Shown in pieces: positions 48,717 to 57,941 of a stretch of 64,000 nt of DNA. The translations under genes and the position numbers were made by a program. The DNA is taken from NCBI GenBank assembly GCA_016184125.1, contig JACPDG010000037.1:107502-171501 (forward strand), read 5' to 3'. This DNA comes from Candidatus Rokuibacteriota bacterium (GTDB taxonomy: Bacteria; Methylomirabilota; Methylomirabilia; Rokubacteriales; CSP1-6). The notes beneath the pieces were generated by a model. The model was not told the origin of the DNA. It saw only the letters and a list, made by a program, of their open reading frames with translations, and did no database searches. Positions within the stretch are counted from its first letter, which is position 1, and each line of letters starts with the position of its first letter.

Positions 48717-50377
48717 GCGCCCGCGGCGCGCTGCTCAGGAACACGTTCTGGTACGGCCTCGTCACCGTCGGCGGCCTGCTCACCGGCGTCGTGATGTCCG
48801 TCGTGCTCGCGCGCGGGCTCGGGCCCGCCCGAATGGGCGAGTACTCGTACGTGCTCTGGGTGGGGCGCACGCTGACCGCGATCGCCACCCTGGGCTTCGC
48901 GCTCGCGACGACCCGCTACACCGCGACCGCCCTCGCGAAGGGCGACGCGGCGCTCGCGTGGGGCTTCGTCCAGCTCCTCAGGCGGCGCCAGCTCGCGACG
49001 ACGGCGATCGTCGCGGCGATCGCGATCCCCGTGATGCTGCTCGCCGCCCCCGGGTCACTCCGCTGGCCGCTGGTCGTCGTCTGCCTCGCGCTCTTTCCCG
49101 TGGCGCTCGAGCACATCTACTCGCACGCGGTGTACGGCGGGCAGCGGTACGAGCTCACCGCGAAGGCGAGCGCGGTCAAGATGTCGCTTCATCTCCTGGC
49201 CGCCGTCACGGTGCTGTCCCTCGGCTTCGACATCCTCGGCCTCGTCATCGCGAACACGATCGGGACGACGATCGCCTGCGCCGTGCAGCGTGGCAGCGTC
49301 CGCCGCATCTACCCGCGCGCGGCGGCGCCCGTGCCGGACGACGCCCGCGCCGAGCTGCGCGCCTACCTGGTGCCGCTGTCCGTGGTCGTCGTGCTCGATG
49401 CCATCGTGTGGGACCGGTCCGAGGTCTTCTTCCTGAGACTCTGGGCATCCCCGCAGGATGTGGCGTTCTACAGTCTCGCGTTCGGGCTCGCGACCAAGGC
49501 GATGGTGCTCCCCGAGGTCGCGGTCGGGGCGCTGCTGCCGACGTTCTCCGCGCTCCACGGCCGCGGCGCCTCGGGAGAGTTCCGTGCCGTCTACCGTTCG
49601 GCCCTGCGCCACGTCGCGCTCGCCGCCGTCGCCATCGCATCGATCGGCGGCGCCCTCGCTCCCGGCATCGTCGGCTTGCTCTATGGCGAGCAGTACCTCC
49701 CGGTCGCGGCGCTGTTCGCGGCGCTCGTCTCCGTGGCGGCGGTGTCCTCGATGCGCCGCGTCGCCTGGTCCGCGCTCCGTGGCGCCGGAGACCGCCGCTG
49801 GGCCGTCACGGCCACGAGCCTGGCGGCGGCCGTCAACCTCGCCGCCGCCGCGCTCCTGATCCCGAGCGGCGGCGTCTGGGGCGCGCTCGCCGCGAACAGC
49901 GCCGCCCAGGGCGTGGCGACGCTGATCGCCTTTGCGGTGATGGCGCGGACACACGACTGCGGCTTCCCGATCGCGGCCGTCGCGAGGATCGCCCTCGCGG
50001 GCACGCTCGCGCTCGTGACCACGATGGCCGTGCTCGACGGCGAGACGCACGTCCTGCGCCTGCTCGTCGCAGGCGCCACCGGATTCACGGTGTACGCCGG
50101 CGCGTGCGCCGGCCTCCGCGTGGTCGGGCGCGCCGAGTGGCACGTCGTGAGCCGGACGCTGCGTCGCAGGCTCGGGGCCCGTGAACGAATCGGCGTGCCG
50201 AGCCGGGCCCGGGTTCGCCCCGGGCCCGGCGAACGCTTGGGAGGGGTGCGGGGCCATGTCGGGGCCCCGCATGATCTCGGACCTCGACCCGCGCCGGCGC
50301 CCAGGACATCCGGCGCGCCGGGGAGCGAACCGTTCACGAAGGTGCCGGCCCCGGCCGCCCCTCCGCAGGGAGATTGA
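48713..50377 (+). CDS. Polysaccharide biosynthesis flippase (Wzx/MOP family); C-terminal tail encoded by repeat copy I
   Basis: GTG overlapping the FemAB-like gene stop. About 12 TM helices. The last ~60 aa (..ARERIGVPSRARVRPGPG..) are repeat-derived. Confidence 0.75.
   Translation: MSARGALLRNTFWYGLVTVGGLLTGVVMSVVLARGLGPARMGEYSYVLWVGRTLTAIATLGFALATTRYTATALAKGDAALAWGFVQLLRRRQLATTAIVAAIAIPVMLLAAPGSLRWPLVVVCLALFPVALEHIYSHAVYGGQRYELTAKASAVKMSLHLLAAVTVLSLGFDILGLVIANTIGTTIACAVQRGSVRRIYPRAAAPVPDDARAELRAYLVPLSVVVVLDAIVWDRSEVFFLRLWASPQDVAFYSLAFGLATKAMVLPEVAVGALLPTFSALHGRGASGEFRAVYRSALRHVALAAVAIASIGGALAPGIVGLLYGEQYLPVAALFAALVSVAAVSSMRRVAWSALRGAGDRRWAVTATSLAAAVNLAAAALLIPSGGVWGALAANSAAQGVATLIAFAVMARTHDCGFPIAAVARIALAGTLALVTTMAVLDGETHVLRLLVAGATGFTVYAGACAGLRVVGRAEWHVVSRTLRRRLGARERIGVPSRARVRPGPGERLGGVRGHVGAPHDLGPRPAPAPRTSGAPGSEPFTKVPAPAAPPQGD
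50178..50272. repeat. Hairpin repeat family, copy I (inverse orientation)
   Basis: CCCGTGAACGAATCGG...GGGGCCATGTCGGGGCCCCGCATG. Confidence 0.75.
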
Positions 50378-50380
50378 CCG

Positions 50381-50425
50381 ATGCGCATCCTCGTCACCGG
50401 CGGCGCCGGTTTCATCGCAGCATGA
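50381..50425 (+). pseudogene. 14-codon remnant of an NAD-dependent epimerase/dehydratase N-terminus (MRILVTGGAGFIAA*)
   Basis: Rossmann signature VTGGAGFI terminated by a TGA that overlaps the exosortase ATG. Confidence 0.35.
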
Positions 50426-51282
50426 CGGCGCTGGCGCGTGTCTCTTCGCAGTCGATCGGCGGCACGGCCGTCCTCGTCCTCGGCGGGCTGCTGGCGGTGG
50501 CCTACGTTCCCGTGCTGATCGATGTGACGGTCGTCGCGTGGAGCGTGTCCTACTACTCGCACGCGTTGCTCGTCCCGCTCTTCAGCGCCTGGCTGCTCTG
50601 GCAGGATCGCCGATCGAGGAACGGCGGCCCACCTGCGATCCTGCCGGGCGTCCTCCTCCTCGGGATCGCGGCGGCCGTGCTCGTGACCGGCACCGTCGCG
50701 GCGAGCCTCACGCTTCGCGCGCTGTCGATCGTCCCTGGCGCGTTCGGCATCGCACTCCTGACGGCCGGCCGCGCCGGCACACGCGCGAGCGCCTTCCCGA
50801 TCGGGTTCCTGGTGCTGATGGTCCCGCTGCCTTCCGGCGCGATCCCGCAGCTGTCGCTCCCGCTCCAGCAGCTCGCCGCCAACGTGGCGGCGTTCGCGCT
50901 GAACACGAGCGGCATCCCGTCGATCCAGCAGGGGCTCCTCGTCCACATGCCGAACGGCATCAGCCTTCACGTCACCGAAGCCTGCAACGGGCTGCGCTTC
51001 CTGTTCGCCATGCTCGTCGTCGGCGTCGCGTTCGCCGGGCTCGCGGTGCGCGGGACGATCCGGCGCGGGCTGACCGTGCTCCTGGCCCTCGCGATCGCGA
51101 TCGCCGCGAACCTCGTCCGTGTGAGCGGCACGGGCGTAATCGCGTACGCCTGGGGTCCGGAAGCCGCGTCCGGGTTCATGCACGTGGCGTACGGGAAGAT
51201 CGTGTACGCGGTCATGCTCGTGCCCTTCGCGGCGGTCGTGCTGCTCCTGCGCCGCTCGAGCGTGAGCGTCACGTCGCGATAG
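50422..51282 (+). CDS. Exosortase (EpsH/XrtA family)
   Basis: Polytopic membrane protein with the conserved exosortase Cys region (TEACNGLR) and an Arg (R.L.A.A.A.N..R). Confidence 0.8.
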   Translation: MTALARVSSQSIGGTAVLVLGGLLAVAYVPVLIDVTVVAWSVSYYSHALLVPLFSAWLLWQDRRSRNGGPPAILPGVLLLGIAAAVLVTGTVAASLTLRALSIVPGAFGIALLTAGRAGTRASAFPIGFLVLMVPLPSGAIPQLSLPLQQLAANVAAFALNTSGIPSIQQGLLVHMPNGISLHVTEACNGLRFLFAMLVVGVAFAGLAVRGTIRRGLTVLLALAIAIAANLVRVSGTGVIAYAWGPEAASGFMHVAYGKIVYAVMLVPFAAVVLLLRRSSVSVTSR

Positions 51283-51340
51283 CGCGAAGCGAGGGTTGGC
51301 TCCGCCCGTCGGCCTCTCCGCCGAGGTCCGACGCCGGTGC

Positions 51341-51925
51341 TCATGACCCGGCGCCGGGTGCAGCCAGCGGGTCGCGATAGACCTCGTCGACGGACAGCGC
51401 GACGTCGATCGACTCGAGCCTCAGGGCCTCGCCAGCGCCGGCCTCGGCCAGGACCCAGCGATCGTCCTGACGTCGATAGACCTCGATGCGAGTGGCGCGC
51501 TGGGAAACGAGGACGTACTCGCGGAGCGACGGCAGGCGGCGATAGTGCGCGAACTTCTCGCCTCGATCGTCGGCCTCCGTCGCGCCCGAGAGCACCTCCA
51601 CGATGACGACGGGATTGACGATCGCCTCGGGATCGTCGGCCGCGTGCTGGAGGCGATGGCAGACGACGCTCACGTCGGGATACGTTGTACGATCGGTCGC
51701 CTCGATGCGTACCCGGGCATCCGACGTGAACACGGCGCAGGGTCGGCCGCGCAGGGCCGCGCGGAGTTCCCCGATGAGGTTCGCCGCCAGCCGCGAGTGC
51801 TCGGGGCTGCCGCCAGCCAGGGCGAAGGCCTCCCCCCGCAGGTACTCGTGCTTGACCTCGCTCGAGCGCTCGAGCTCGAGGTACTCGGCATAGGTCATGC
51901 GGAGGACCGGCGCCGGCTGGCTCAC
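51341..51925 (-). CDS. Uma2-family (DUF820) putative endonuclease
   Basis: YLELER.S..KHEY..GE, VVIEVLS, and a PD-(D/E)xK-like core. Paralog of the gene at 1651-2268. Confidence 0.7.
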   Translation of the reverse strand: MSQPAPVLRMTYAEYLELERSSEVKHEYLRGEAFALAGGSPEHSRLAANLIGELRAALRGRPCAVFTSDARVRIEATDRTTYPDVSVVCHRLQHAADDPEAIVNPVVIVEVLSGATEADDRGEKFAHYRRLPSLREYVLVSQRATRIEVYRRQDDRWVLAEAGAGEALRLESIDVALSVDEVYRDPLAAPGAGS

Positions 51926-52046
51926 GTCGTGGCCAGCCTAGCCCATGCACAGGGCGTCCGTCCATCACGTAGCCCGGCGGCCTCGGCAGCCTCGGGGCCT
52001 CGGGCGGCCCCGGGACCGTTTTCGAGTCGAGCGGAATCGGGGTCGG

Positions 52047-55000
52047 TCAGCGGAGCCGGTAGCGCTTGACCTCGTAGGGCCCGAAGCGGTCGGACAGGAT
52101 CGTGCCTTCGCCCGTGAGGCGCGTGGCGTCGCCGGTGGCTGAGGCGGCAGGCCCGAGCCCCGAGACCTCTCTCGCCGGGTCGGTGAGGGTCAGCGTCACC
52201 TGGAGCGGGCTCGACCTTGTGTTGTACGCGAAGAGGTACCGCGTGCCGTCGGGCATGCGCTTGCCGAGCATGCGGATCGCACCGCCGCTCGACTCGCGCG
52301 CGACGACCGGCGCGTCCGGTGCGAGCAGCACCGGCTCGAGCGCCTTGATCTCCTTCGTCACGGTCACGAGGTCCTGCCAGCGCTGCTCGCGCTCGGCGGG
52401 ATCCTTGACCCACCCGAGCCCGCGCGCGCCGAACGACCAGTAGAAGAGTCCCTTCGCGCCCTCGACGATGGCCATCCAGCTCATCGTCCGGAGCTCTTCC
52501 CGGCTCGGCCACCCGGCCGCCTTGGTCAGCGGAAAGTACTGGAGAACCATCCACACCGGGCGACTTCGCATGACGGCGTCCTGGCCGAGACGTGTCCAGT
52601 CGCCGACCATCGCGAGGTTGTTGTCGCCGCCCGGCTTCGTGATCGGGTACGGGTCGAGCCCCATGACGTCGAGCGCGTCGCGCCAGAGCGGCGCCTGCCG
52701 CTGCCAGCCGTCGCCCAGGACGCCGTACGTCACCGTGCCGGGCGCCGCCCGCCTGAGCTCCCGGAGCTGGCGAAAGACCTTCGGCACCATCTCCGCGGTG
52801 CGCTCGTCCATCGTGTAGAACCCGGCGAGGCCCGGGTGGCTGGCGAGCGTCCTGCCGACCCAGCGGTTGAGGGCGTCCTCGCCGTCGCGCGCGGCCGGGT
52901 ACCGGAGCTTGCGGTACTGCCGGTCGTCCTCGTAGTAGAAGTTCACCGTCTGCAGGTAGTGGATGCCGCGCGTCTTCAGATCGTCCATGTAGGTCTGGAG
53001 CGCGGGGATCGGCGCCGCTCCGAGCCAGTAGTTGATGAGCATGTTGATCGGCGCCTGCGCGATGCGCTCGTTGCCCCATCCGCCCCGCCCGCTCGCGTAC
53101 TCCGCCCGCGCCGTCGAGTAGCCGCTCGTGTTGTAGAGACCGAGGATGAACGCGGGCTTGCCGTGGAGGTACGCGACGTTCTCCTCGTCGTACCAGACGT
53201 GGAGCGTCTCCCGCATGCGCGCGGGCGCCTTCACGATGCGGTACTCCGGATGGCGAAATACCTCGCGGCCGTCGGCGCCCACGAGCTCCGTACGGACGAG
53301 GTACTCGCCGTTGGGGATCGACGCGGCGTCGAGCTCGACGACGAGGGGCGCGCGGCCGCGCCCGAGGGGCGCGCGGCCGCGCCCGAGGCCAGCGTCCTTC
53401 GTCGGCACGGCAGCGGTTGCCGGATGCTCGCGTCGCGCGCGCACGGTGCCTCGGCTCTCGTCGACGAGCGAGACGCGGACGCGAGCACCGCCGAGCCCGT
53501 CGCCCGAGGGGCGCGCGGCCGCGCCCGAGGGGCGCGCGGCCGCGCCCGCGTGCACCGCGACCGCGATGCGCACGGTCTGTGGGCGGTCGTCGAACAGCAT
53601 GCCGCGGTAGTTCGGGTAGAGGAGGAAGGACTCGACCGGCGGGCGCTTCATCGGGGCGAGCACGACGTCGTCGAACCACGCGGTGCCGTCCGGCCTGCCG
53701 TACGCGCCGGCGGTGACCCGGTACGTCCCGGCGTCCTCCACGGGGATCGCCAGGCGCGCCAGCCGCGTCCAGCCCGACGTCCCGCGCGCGATGGGCGTGC
53801 AGTGCCACCAGTTGATCCGCGGCCGACCGTCCAGGCAGAGCCTCACGCCGGTCCGGTCGGACGCCCCGCCGAGGCCTTCGCTCTTCACCCAGCCCTCGAG
53901 CACGTAGTAACCCGCCTCGAGCGTCACCACCTGATCGGCCGCCGGAACGTATCGCGCGGTCCCGGCGTTCGCGAGACGCAGCGCCGCCTGCCCGGACCGC
54001 GCGCCGGTCGCAAGCGCCCACAGGGTGTCGTCGAGCGTCACGCGCCAGCCGTCCACGGTCTTGCCGGCCGACCCCTCGAAGCCCGGGTTCTTCAGCACGT
54101 TCGCCGCGGGCTCGAGCGTCGGCAGCGCCGTCAACCCGCCCGGCTGGGCGAGCGCCGCGCCGGGCAACGCCACGAGCGCGGGGACGAGCAGCCAGGCGGC
54201 GAAGCGCGAGGGCGCGGACCCGAAGGGCCACTCGAGAGCCCGCCCCTCGGGCGCGGCCGCCGCGGGTGCGCTCGCCTCGTCGCGCGCGGGCAGCATGCGA
54301 TGCAGGACGATCGAGACGAACACGACCATCCAGAACATCTTCTCGTACTGCGCGCTGATGAATGCGCCGGACACCATGAACCCGACGAGCCCGCTCCGGA
54401 GCCCCTCGGCCCAGCCAGCGAGCTCGCGGCCCTCGCGGTCGCCGCCGACGCGTGTCGCGCGGCCGAAGGTCCGCAGCACCTGCCCCACCATGAGCAGGAA
54501 GACGGCGAGCACGGGCAGGCCGAGCTCGGCCGCGAGCTCGAGGTAGCTGTTGTGGGCGATGTACTCGCGCCCCAGGTCCGGCGCGTACGCCACGGACAGC
54601 GACTTGAAGTTCTCCGGACCGACGCCGGTGAAGGGCGCGTCCGCGATCATGCGCAGTCCCGCCCAGAAGAGCGCGATGTGCGCGCGGTTCGACTGCTCGA
54701 GGCCGGGTGGCTGCGGGCTCGTCGGGTCGAGCGTCGCGACCGCGCGCTCCGCGAGGCCCGTCGGCAGGATCAGCGCCGCGACGATGATCACCACGAGTCC
54801 CGAGACCGTCGCCAGGAGGCCGCGTCGCCGGTACGCGTACATCGACGCGGCGACGACGAGGCCGAGGAAGCCGCCGCGGGACGCCGTGAGGAGGAGCTCG
54901 AGCACGAGCACCAGCCCGGCGCCGAACCACAGCCGGCGGCGCCAGACCGTCGACTGCAGTCTCGCGATCGCGAACGCGAGCGGGATCACCAGCACGAGGT

Positions 55001-55457
55001 TCGCGGCGAAGTAGTTGGTCTCGTACAGGCCGGTACCGAGACGGCTGTCGTAGCGGATCGACTGGCGGAACGCATACGGGAAGACGATCACGAACGTCAG
55101 CGCGATCGTGTACACGACCCGCCGGAGGTCCTCGTGCGTCCTCACGCTGCTGGCCACGAACGGCAGGAAGAGCAGGAACGCCAGGTAGCGCGAGATCGGC
55201 AGGAGGCCGCTGCCCGAGAGCGCGCCGGCGAAGAGCACGCCCGCATAGAACACGACGAACAGCCGCGCCTGTGGCGACGACCACAGACTGCCGCCACCGT
55301 CACCGCCGGCGATCCGGAGGGTCGCCCACGCGAAGCCGATCATTCCCAGCAGCTTGATGACCGTGAAGTCCGGGAACACGAGGAAGCTGTCGGCCAGCTT
55401 CAGATGGGGGTTCGTCTCGAACGGCATGATCAGGATCATCAAGAGCAGGAGCGGCAT
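52047..55457 (-). CDS. O-antigen ligase/polymerase-like (Wzy_C) membrane domain fused to ~700-aa periplasmic glycoside-hydrolase-like domain
   Basis: The N-terminal ~420 aa carry many TM helices with Wzy_C features (SRGGFLGL...HNSYLE). The C-terminal region has carbohydrate-binding-like and TIM-barrel-like segments. Internal tandem repeats encode GRGRAPLGRGRAPL and PSGAAARPSGAAARPSG. Confidence 0.7.
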   Translation of the reverse strand: MPLLLLMILIMPFETNPHLKLADSFLVFPDFTVIKLLGMIGFAWATLRIAGGDGGGSLWSSPQARLFVVFYAGVLFAGALSGSGLLPISRYLAFLLFLPFVASSVRTHEDLRRVVYTIALTFVIVFPYAFRQSIRYDSRLGTGLYETNYFAANLVLVIPLAFAIARLQSTVWRRRLWFGAGLVLVLELLLTASRGGFLGLVVAASMYAYRRRGLLATVSGLVVIIVAALILPTGLAERAVATLDPTSPQPPGLEQSNRAHIALFWAGLRMIADAPFTGVGPENFKSLSVAYAPDLGREYIAHNSYLELAAELGLPVLAVFLLMVGQVLRTFGRATRVGGDREGRELAGWAEGLRSGLVGFMVSGAFISAQYEKMFWMVVFVSIVLHRMLPARDEASAPAAAAPEGRALEWPFGSAPSRFAAWLLVPALVALPGAALAQPGGLTALPTLEPAANVLKNPGFEGSAGKTVDGWRVTLDDTLWALATGARSGQAALRLANAGTARYVPAADQVVTLEAGYYVLEGWVKSEGLGGASDRTGVRLCLDGRPRINWWHCTPIARGTSGWTRLARLAIPVEDAGTYRVTAGAYGRPDGTAWFDDVVLAPMKRPPVESFLLYPNYRGMLFDDRPQTVRIAVAVHAGAAARPSGAAARPSGDGLGGARVRVSLVDESRGTVRARREHPATAAVPTKDAGLGRGRAPLGRGRAPLVVELDAASIPNGEYLVRTELVGADGREVFRHPEYRIVKAPARMRETLHVWYDEENVAYLHGKPAFILGLYNTSGYSTARAEYASGRGGWGNERIAQAPINMLINYWLGAAPIPALQTYMDDLKTRGIHYLQTVNFYYEDDRQYRKLRYPAARDGEDALNRWVGRTLASHPGLAGFYTMDERTAEMVPKVFRQLRELRRAAPGTVTYGVLGDGWQRQAPLWRDALDVMGLDPYPITKPGGDNNLAMVGDWTRLGQDAVMRSRPVWMVLQYFPLTKAAGWPSREELRTMSWMAIVEGAKGLFYWSFGARGLGWVKDPAEREQRWQDLVTVTKEIKALEPVLLAPDAPVVARESSGGAIRMLGKRMPDGTRYLFAYNTRSSPLQVTLTLTDPAREVSGLGPAASATGDATRLTGEGTILSDRFGPYEVKRYRLR

Positions 55458-55487
55458 GCGATCCTCCAGGCCCCCGTCGGGGGCCTC

Positions 55488-56483
55488 TCAAGCTCGGGCG
55501 GGCAGCGCCCGGCGCAGCAGGGCCCGGGCGCCCTCGCGCAGGCCGCGCGGCCCCAGCGCTCCGAGCGCGCGCAGGAAGAGTCCGGCGTCGCCGGTCTCGA
55601 TGAAGCCGGTGAGGAACACGAACGCCGCGCGCCCCCACAGGCCCTGCCTGGCGTACGACCAGCCGAGATGCCGGCGCAGCCGGATGATCCCGCGACGCGC
55701 GGCGGCGGCGGCCTCCGGGTCCTCCGCGTGGCGCAGCCGCTCGCGGTGCAGCAACCGCAGCATCGCGGTGCGGCCGAACACCGCGTGCACGCGGTGGATC
55801 GAGTCGGACGAGATCCGGACGATCGCCACGGGCCGGTCGATGTACCCGAAACGAAACCGGCGGGCGAAGCGCACGAGGAATTCCCAGTCCGAGAACGACC
55901 GCCACGACTCCATGAAGCTGCCGACGACGTCGAAGGCGCTCGTGCGGATCGTGAACGCCGTCGGGAGCACCGGCACCTCCTCGAGCAGGACGAGGAACAT
56001 CTCGCGCTGCGACAGCGCGATGCCGTCCGGGCTCGCGCGGCCCGCGATCAGCCGGGAGAACACGGCGCTCGCCCGCACGAACGACGGCACGAAGTGGTCC
56101 CCGTCGATCTTCTCCACGTCCGAGAACACCGCGTGCACCTCGGGATGCGTGTCGAGAAACCTGACCTCCGCGGCCAGCTTGTCCGGCTTCCAGAGGTCAT
56201 CGGAGTCCAGGAACGACACGAGCTCGCCCTGAACGACGGCGAGCGCGGCGTTGCGTGCGGCGGCGGCGCCGCGGTTGACGCCGCGGATGGTCACCATACG
56301 GGGATCGGCGACCGCCCGCAGGACCTCGGCCGTCTCGTCGGTGGACCCGTCGTCCACCACGATGAGCTCGAAGTCCGCGTGCGTCTGCGCGAGCGCGCTC
56401 CGTATCGCGTCGCCGACGACCAGGGCTCGGTTGTACGTCGGGAGGATGATGGAGACGGCCGCGCGCGTCACCGTCGCCTTCAC
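55488..56483 (-). CDS. Glycosyltransferase family 2
   Basis: VSIILPTYNR, VVDDGSTD, and the DSDD motif (FLDSDD). Start GTG at 56483, or the GTG at 56471. Confidence 0.75.
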   Translation of the reverse strand: MKATVTRAAVSIILPTYNRALVVGDAIRSALAQTHADFELIVVDDGSTDETAEVLRAVADPRMVTIRGVNRGAAAARNAALAVVQGELVSFLDSDDLWKPDKLAAEVRFLDTHPEVHAVFSDVEKIDGDHFVPSFVRASAVFSRLIAGRASPDGIALSQREMFLVLLEEVPVLPTAFTIRTSAFDVVGSFMESWRSFSDWEFLVRFARRFRFGYIDRPVAIVRISSDSIHRVHAVFGRTAMLRLLHRERLRHAEDPEAAAAARRGIIRLRRHLGWSYARQGLWGRAAFVFLTGFIETGDAGLFLRALGALGPRGLREGARALLRRALPARA

Positions 56484-57262
56484 TCCCTGCCGCCCACGAT
56501 CGCGGCAACGGCGGGCGGCGTGTCCAGACGCCGGGCGTAGCGATGCGCCCGGCTGATCCACCAGACGTGCCCCGCCACCGCCCACCAGACCGCGAGGAGC
56601 GCCATGGCGTCGGCCAGGGCGGCGACGAGGGTCAACGCGTAGAGTCCTGGGCTCTCGAACGACAGCGCGAACGCCGCGCGGCCGATCCCGAGCGGGCTCC
56701 AGCGCTTCCCGGCCATACGCACCGGGACGACGTGACCGAGATCGCCGGCACCGAGCGCGCCCGACACGCAGGCGGCGTAGAAGCGCAGCGTGTCGCCGAC
56801 CGCGATCGCGACGGCGCCGAGCGCGCCGGCGGCGAGGAGCGCGCCGGAGCCGGTCTCGACCGCGGCGCTCCAGCCGACGCCAAGCGGCAGGCTGGTCTTG
56901 ACGAGCCCGTGACCGACCAGATCCAGGAACTCGCCGGCCGCCGACTTCCGGCCGGTGAGCCGCGCCACCTCGCCGTCGACGTAGTCGAGGAGGTACGAGA
57001 GCTGGAGCAGCAGCGCGCCGCCGATGCGTGCGAGCCAGCTCTCGGACGCGACGAGCGCGACCGCGGCCAGCCCGAGGACGATCCACGCGACGGTGATCCT
57101 GTTCGGCGTCGCGCCGACGCGGGCGAGCGGGATCGACACGTAGATCGATCCGAGGCGGTACAGCCGGTCCGTGATGCTCGGGCTGTACTCGCGGGGCTGG
57201 GCGATCGCCCGCAGCTCAGCGATCGAAGAGGGTCTCGGCACGCCGCAGGTCGTCGTGGTCAT
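56480..57262 (-). CDS. CDP-alcohol phosphatidyltransferase-family protein
   Basis: The D-G-x2-A-R...G...D...D signature is present (DYVDGEVARLTG...GEFLDLVGHGL), with multiple TM helices. Confidence 0.75.
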   Translation of the reverse strand: MTTTTCGVPRPSSIAELRAIAQPREYSPSITDRLYRLGSIYVSIPLARVGATPNRITVAWIVLGLAAVALVASESWLARIGGALLLQLSYLLDYVDGEVARLTGRKSAAGEFLDLVGHGLVKTSLPLGVGWSAAVETGSGALLAAGALGAVAIAVGDTLRFYAACVSGALGAGDLGHVVPVRMAGKRWSPLGIGRAAFALSFESPGLYALTLVAALADAMALLAVWWAVAGHVWWISRAHRYARRLDTPPAVAAIVGGRE

Positions 57263-57941
57263 CGATCTCCACCCACCGGAGCCCGGTGACGTCGGCGACC
57301 TCGAACCAGTGGCCGCCGGCAATGAGCCGCTGGAACGCCGCCTCGTAGTAGGCCTGCCGGCCGCCGCTCGTCCCGCTGCTCGCCAAGATCTCGCGCCCAC
57401 GGGCGAACAGTGGCGCGGCGCTCGTGCGGTCGATGCGTGCGATTCCGATCGACTCGGCGACGGCGACGAGCCCGGCGTCGAGCTGCTTGCCCACGCCGCT
57501 GACGTGACCACCGTCGAGCGCGATCTTGACGGCGTCGTCGTCGAGCGCGCGGCCGCGGTCCACCGCGAGCCGGGTTCCCGGCTCGAGCAGCGGCCTGAGG
57601 ACGGCCGGCTCGAACACGAGATCGCCGTCGATCAGCAGGAAGTCGTCGTCGACCCACGGCGCGGCGACGAGCAGCGACGCGAGCGTGTTGGTGTCGGCGT
57701 ACGCCGGGTTCTCGACCGTCGTCGCCTCGACGTCGCGGCGCGTGTCGAGGAATGCCGCGAGGCGCTCGCGCCGGTACCCGGTGACGACGACGACGGACTT
57801 CACGCCGGCCTCGACCAGCACGTCGAGCGTGCGATCGAGCACCGGCCGGCCCCCGAGCGGCACGAGCGCCTTGGGCCGGTCGTCGGTCAGCGGCCTAAGC
57901 CGCGACCCGAACCCGGCCGCCAGGATGAGGGCTTTGAGCAT
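57216..57941 (-). CDS. Sugar/alcohol-phosphate nucleotidyltransferase (LicC/MobA-like NTP_transferase)
   Basis: LILAAGFGSRLRPLTDDRPKALVPL signature motif. Confidence 0.75.
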   Translation of the reverse strand: MLKALILAAGFGSRLRPLTDDRPKALVPLGGRPVLDRTLDVLVEAGVKSVVVVTGYRRERLAAFLDTRRDVEATTVENPAYADTNTLASLLVAAPWVDDDFLLIDGDLVFEPAVLRPLLEPGTRLAVDRGRALDDDAVKIALDGGHVSGVGKQLDAGLVAVAESIGIARIDRTSAAPLFARGREILASSGTSGGRQAYYEAAFQRLIAGGHWFEVADVTGLRWVEIDDHDDLRRAETLFDR

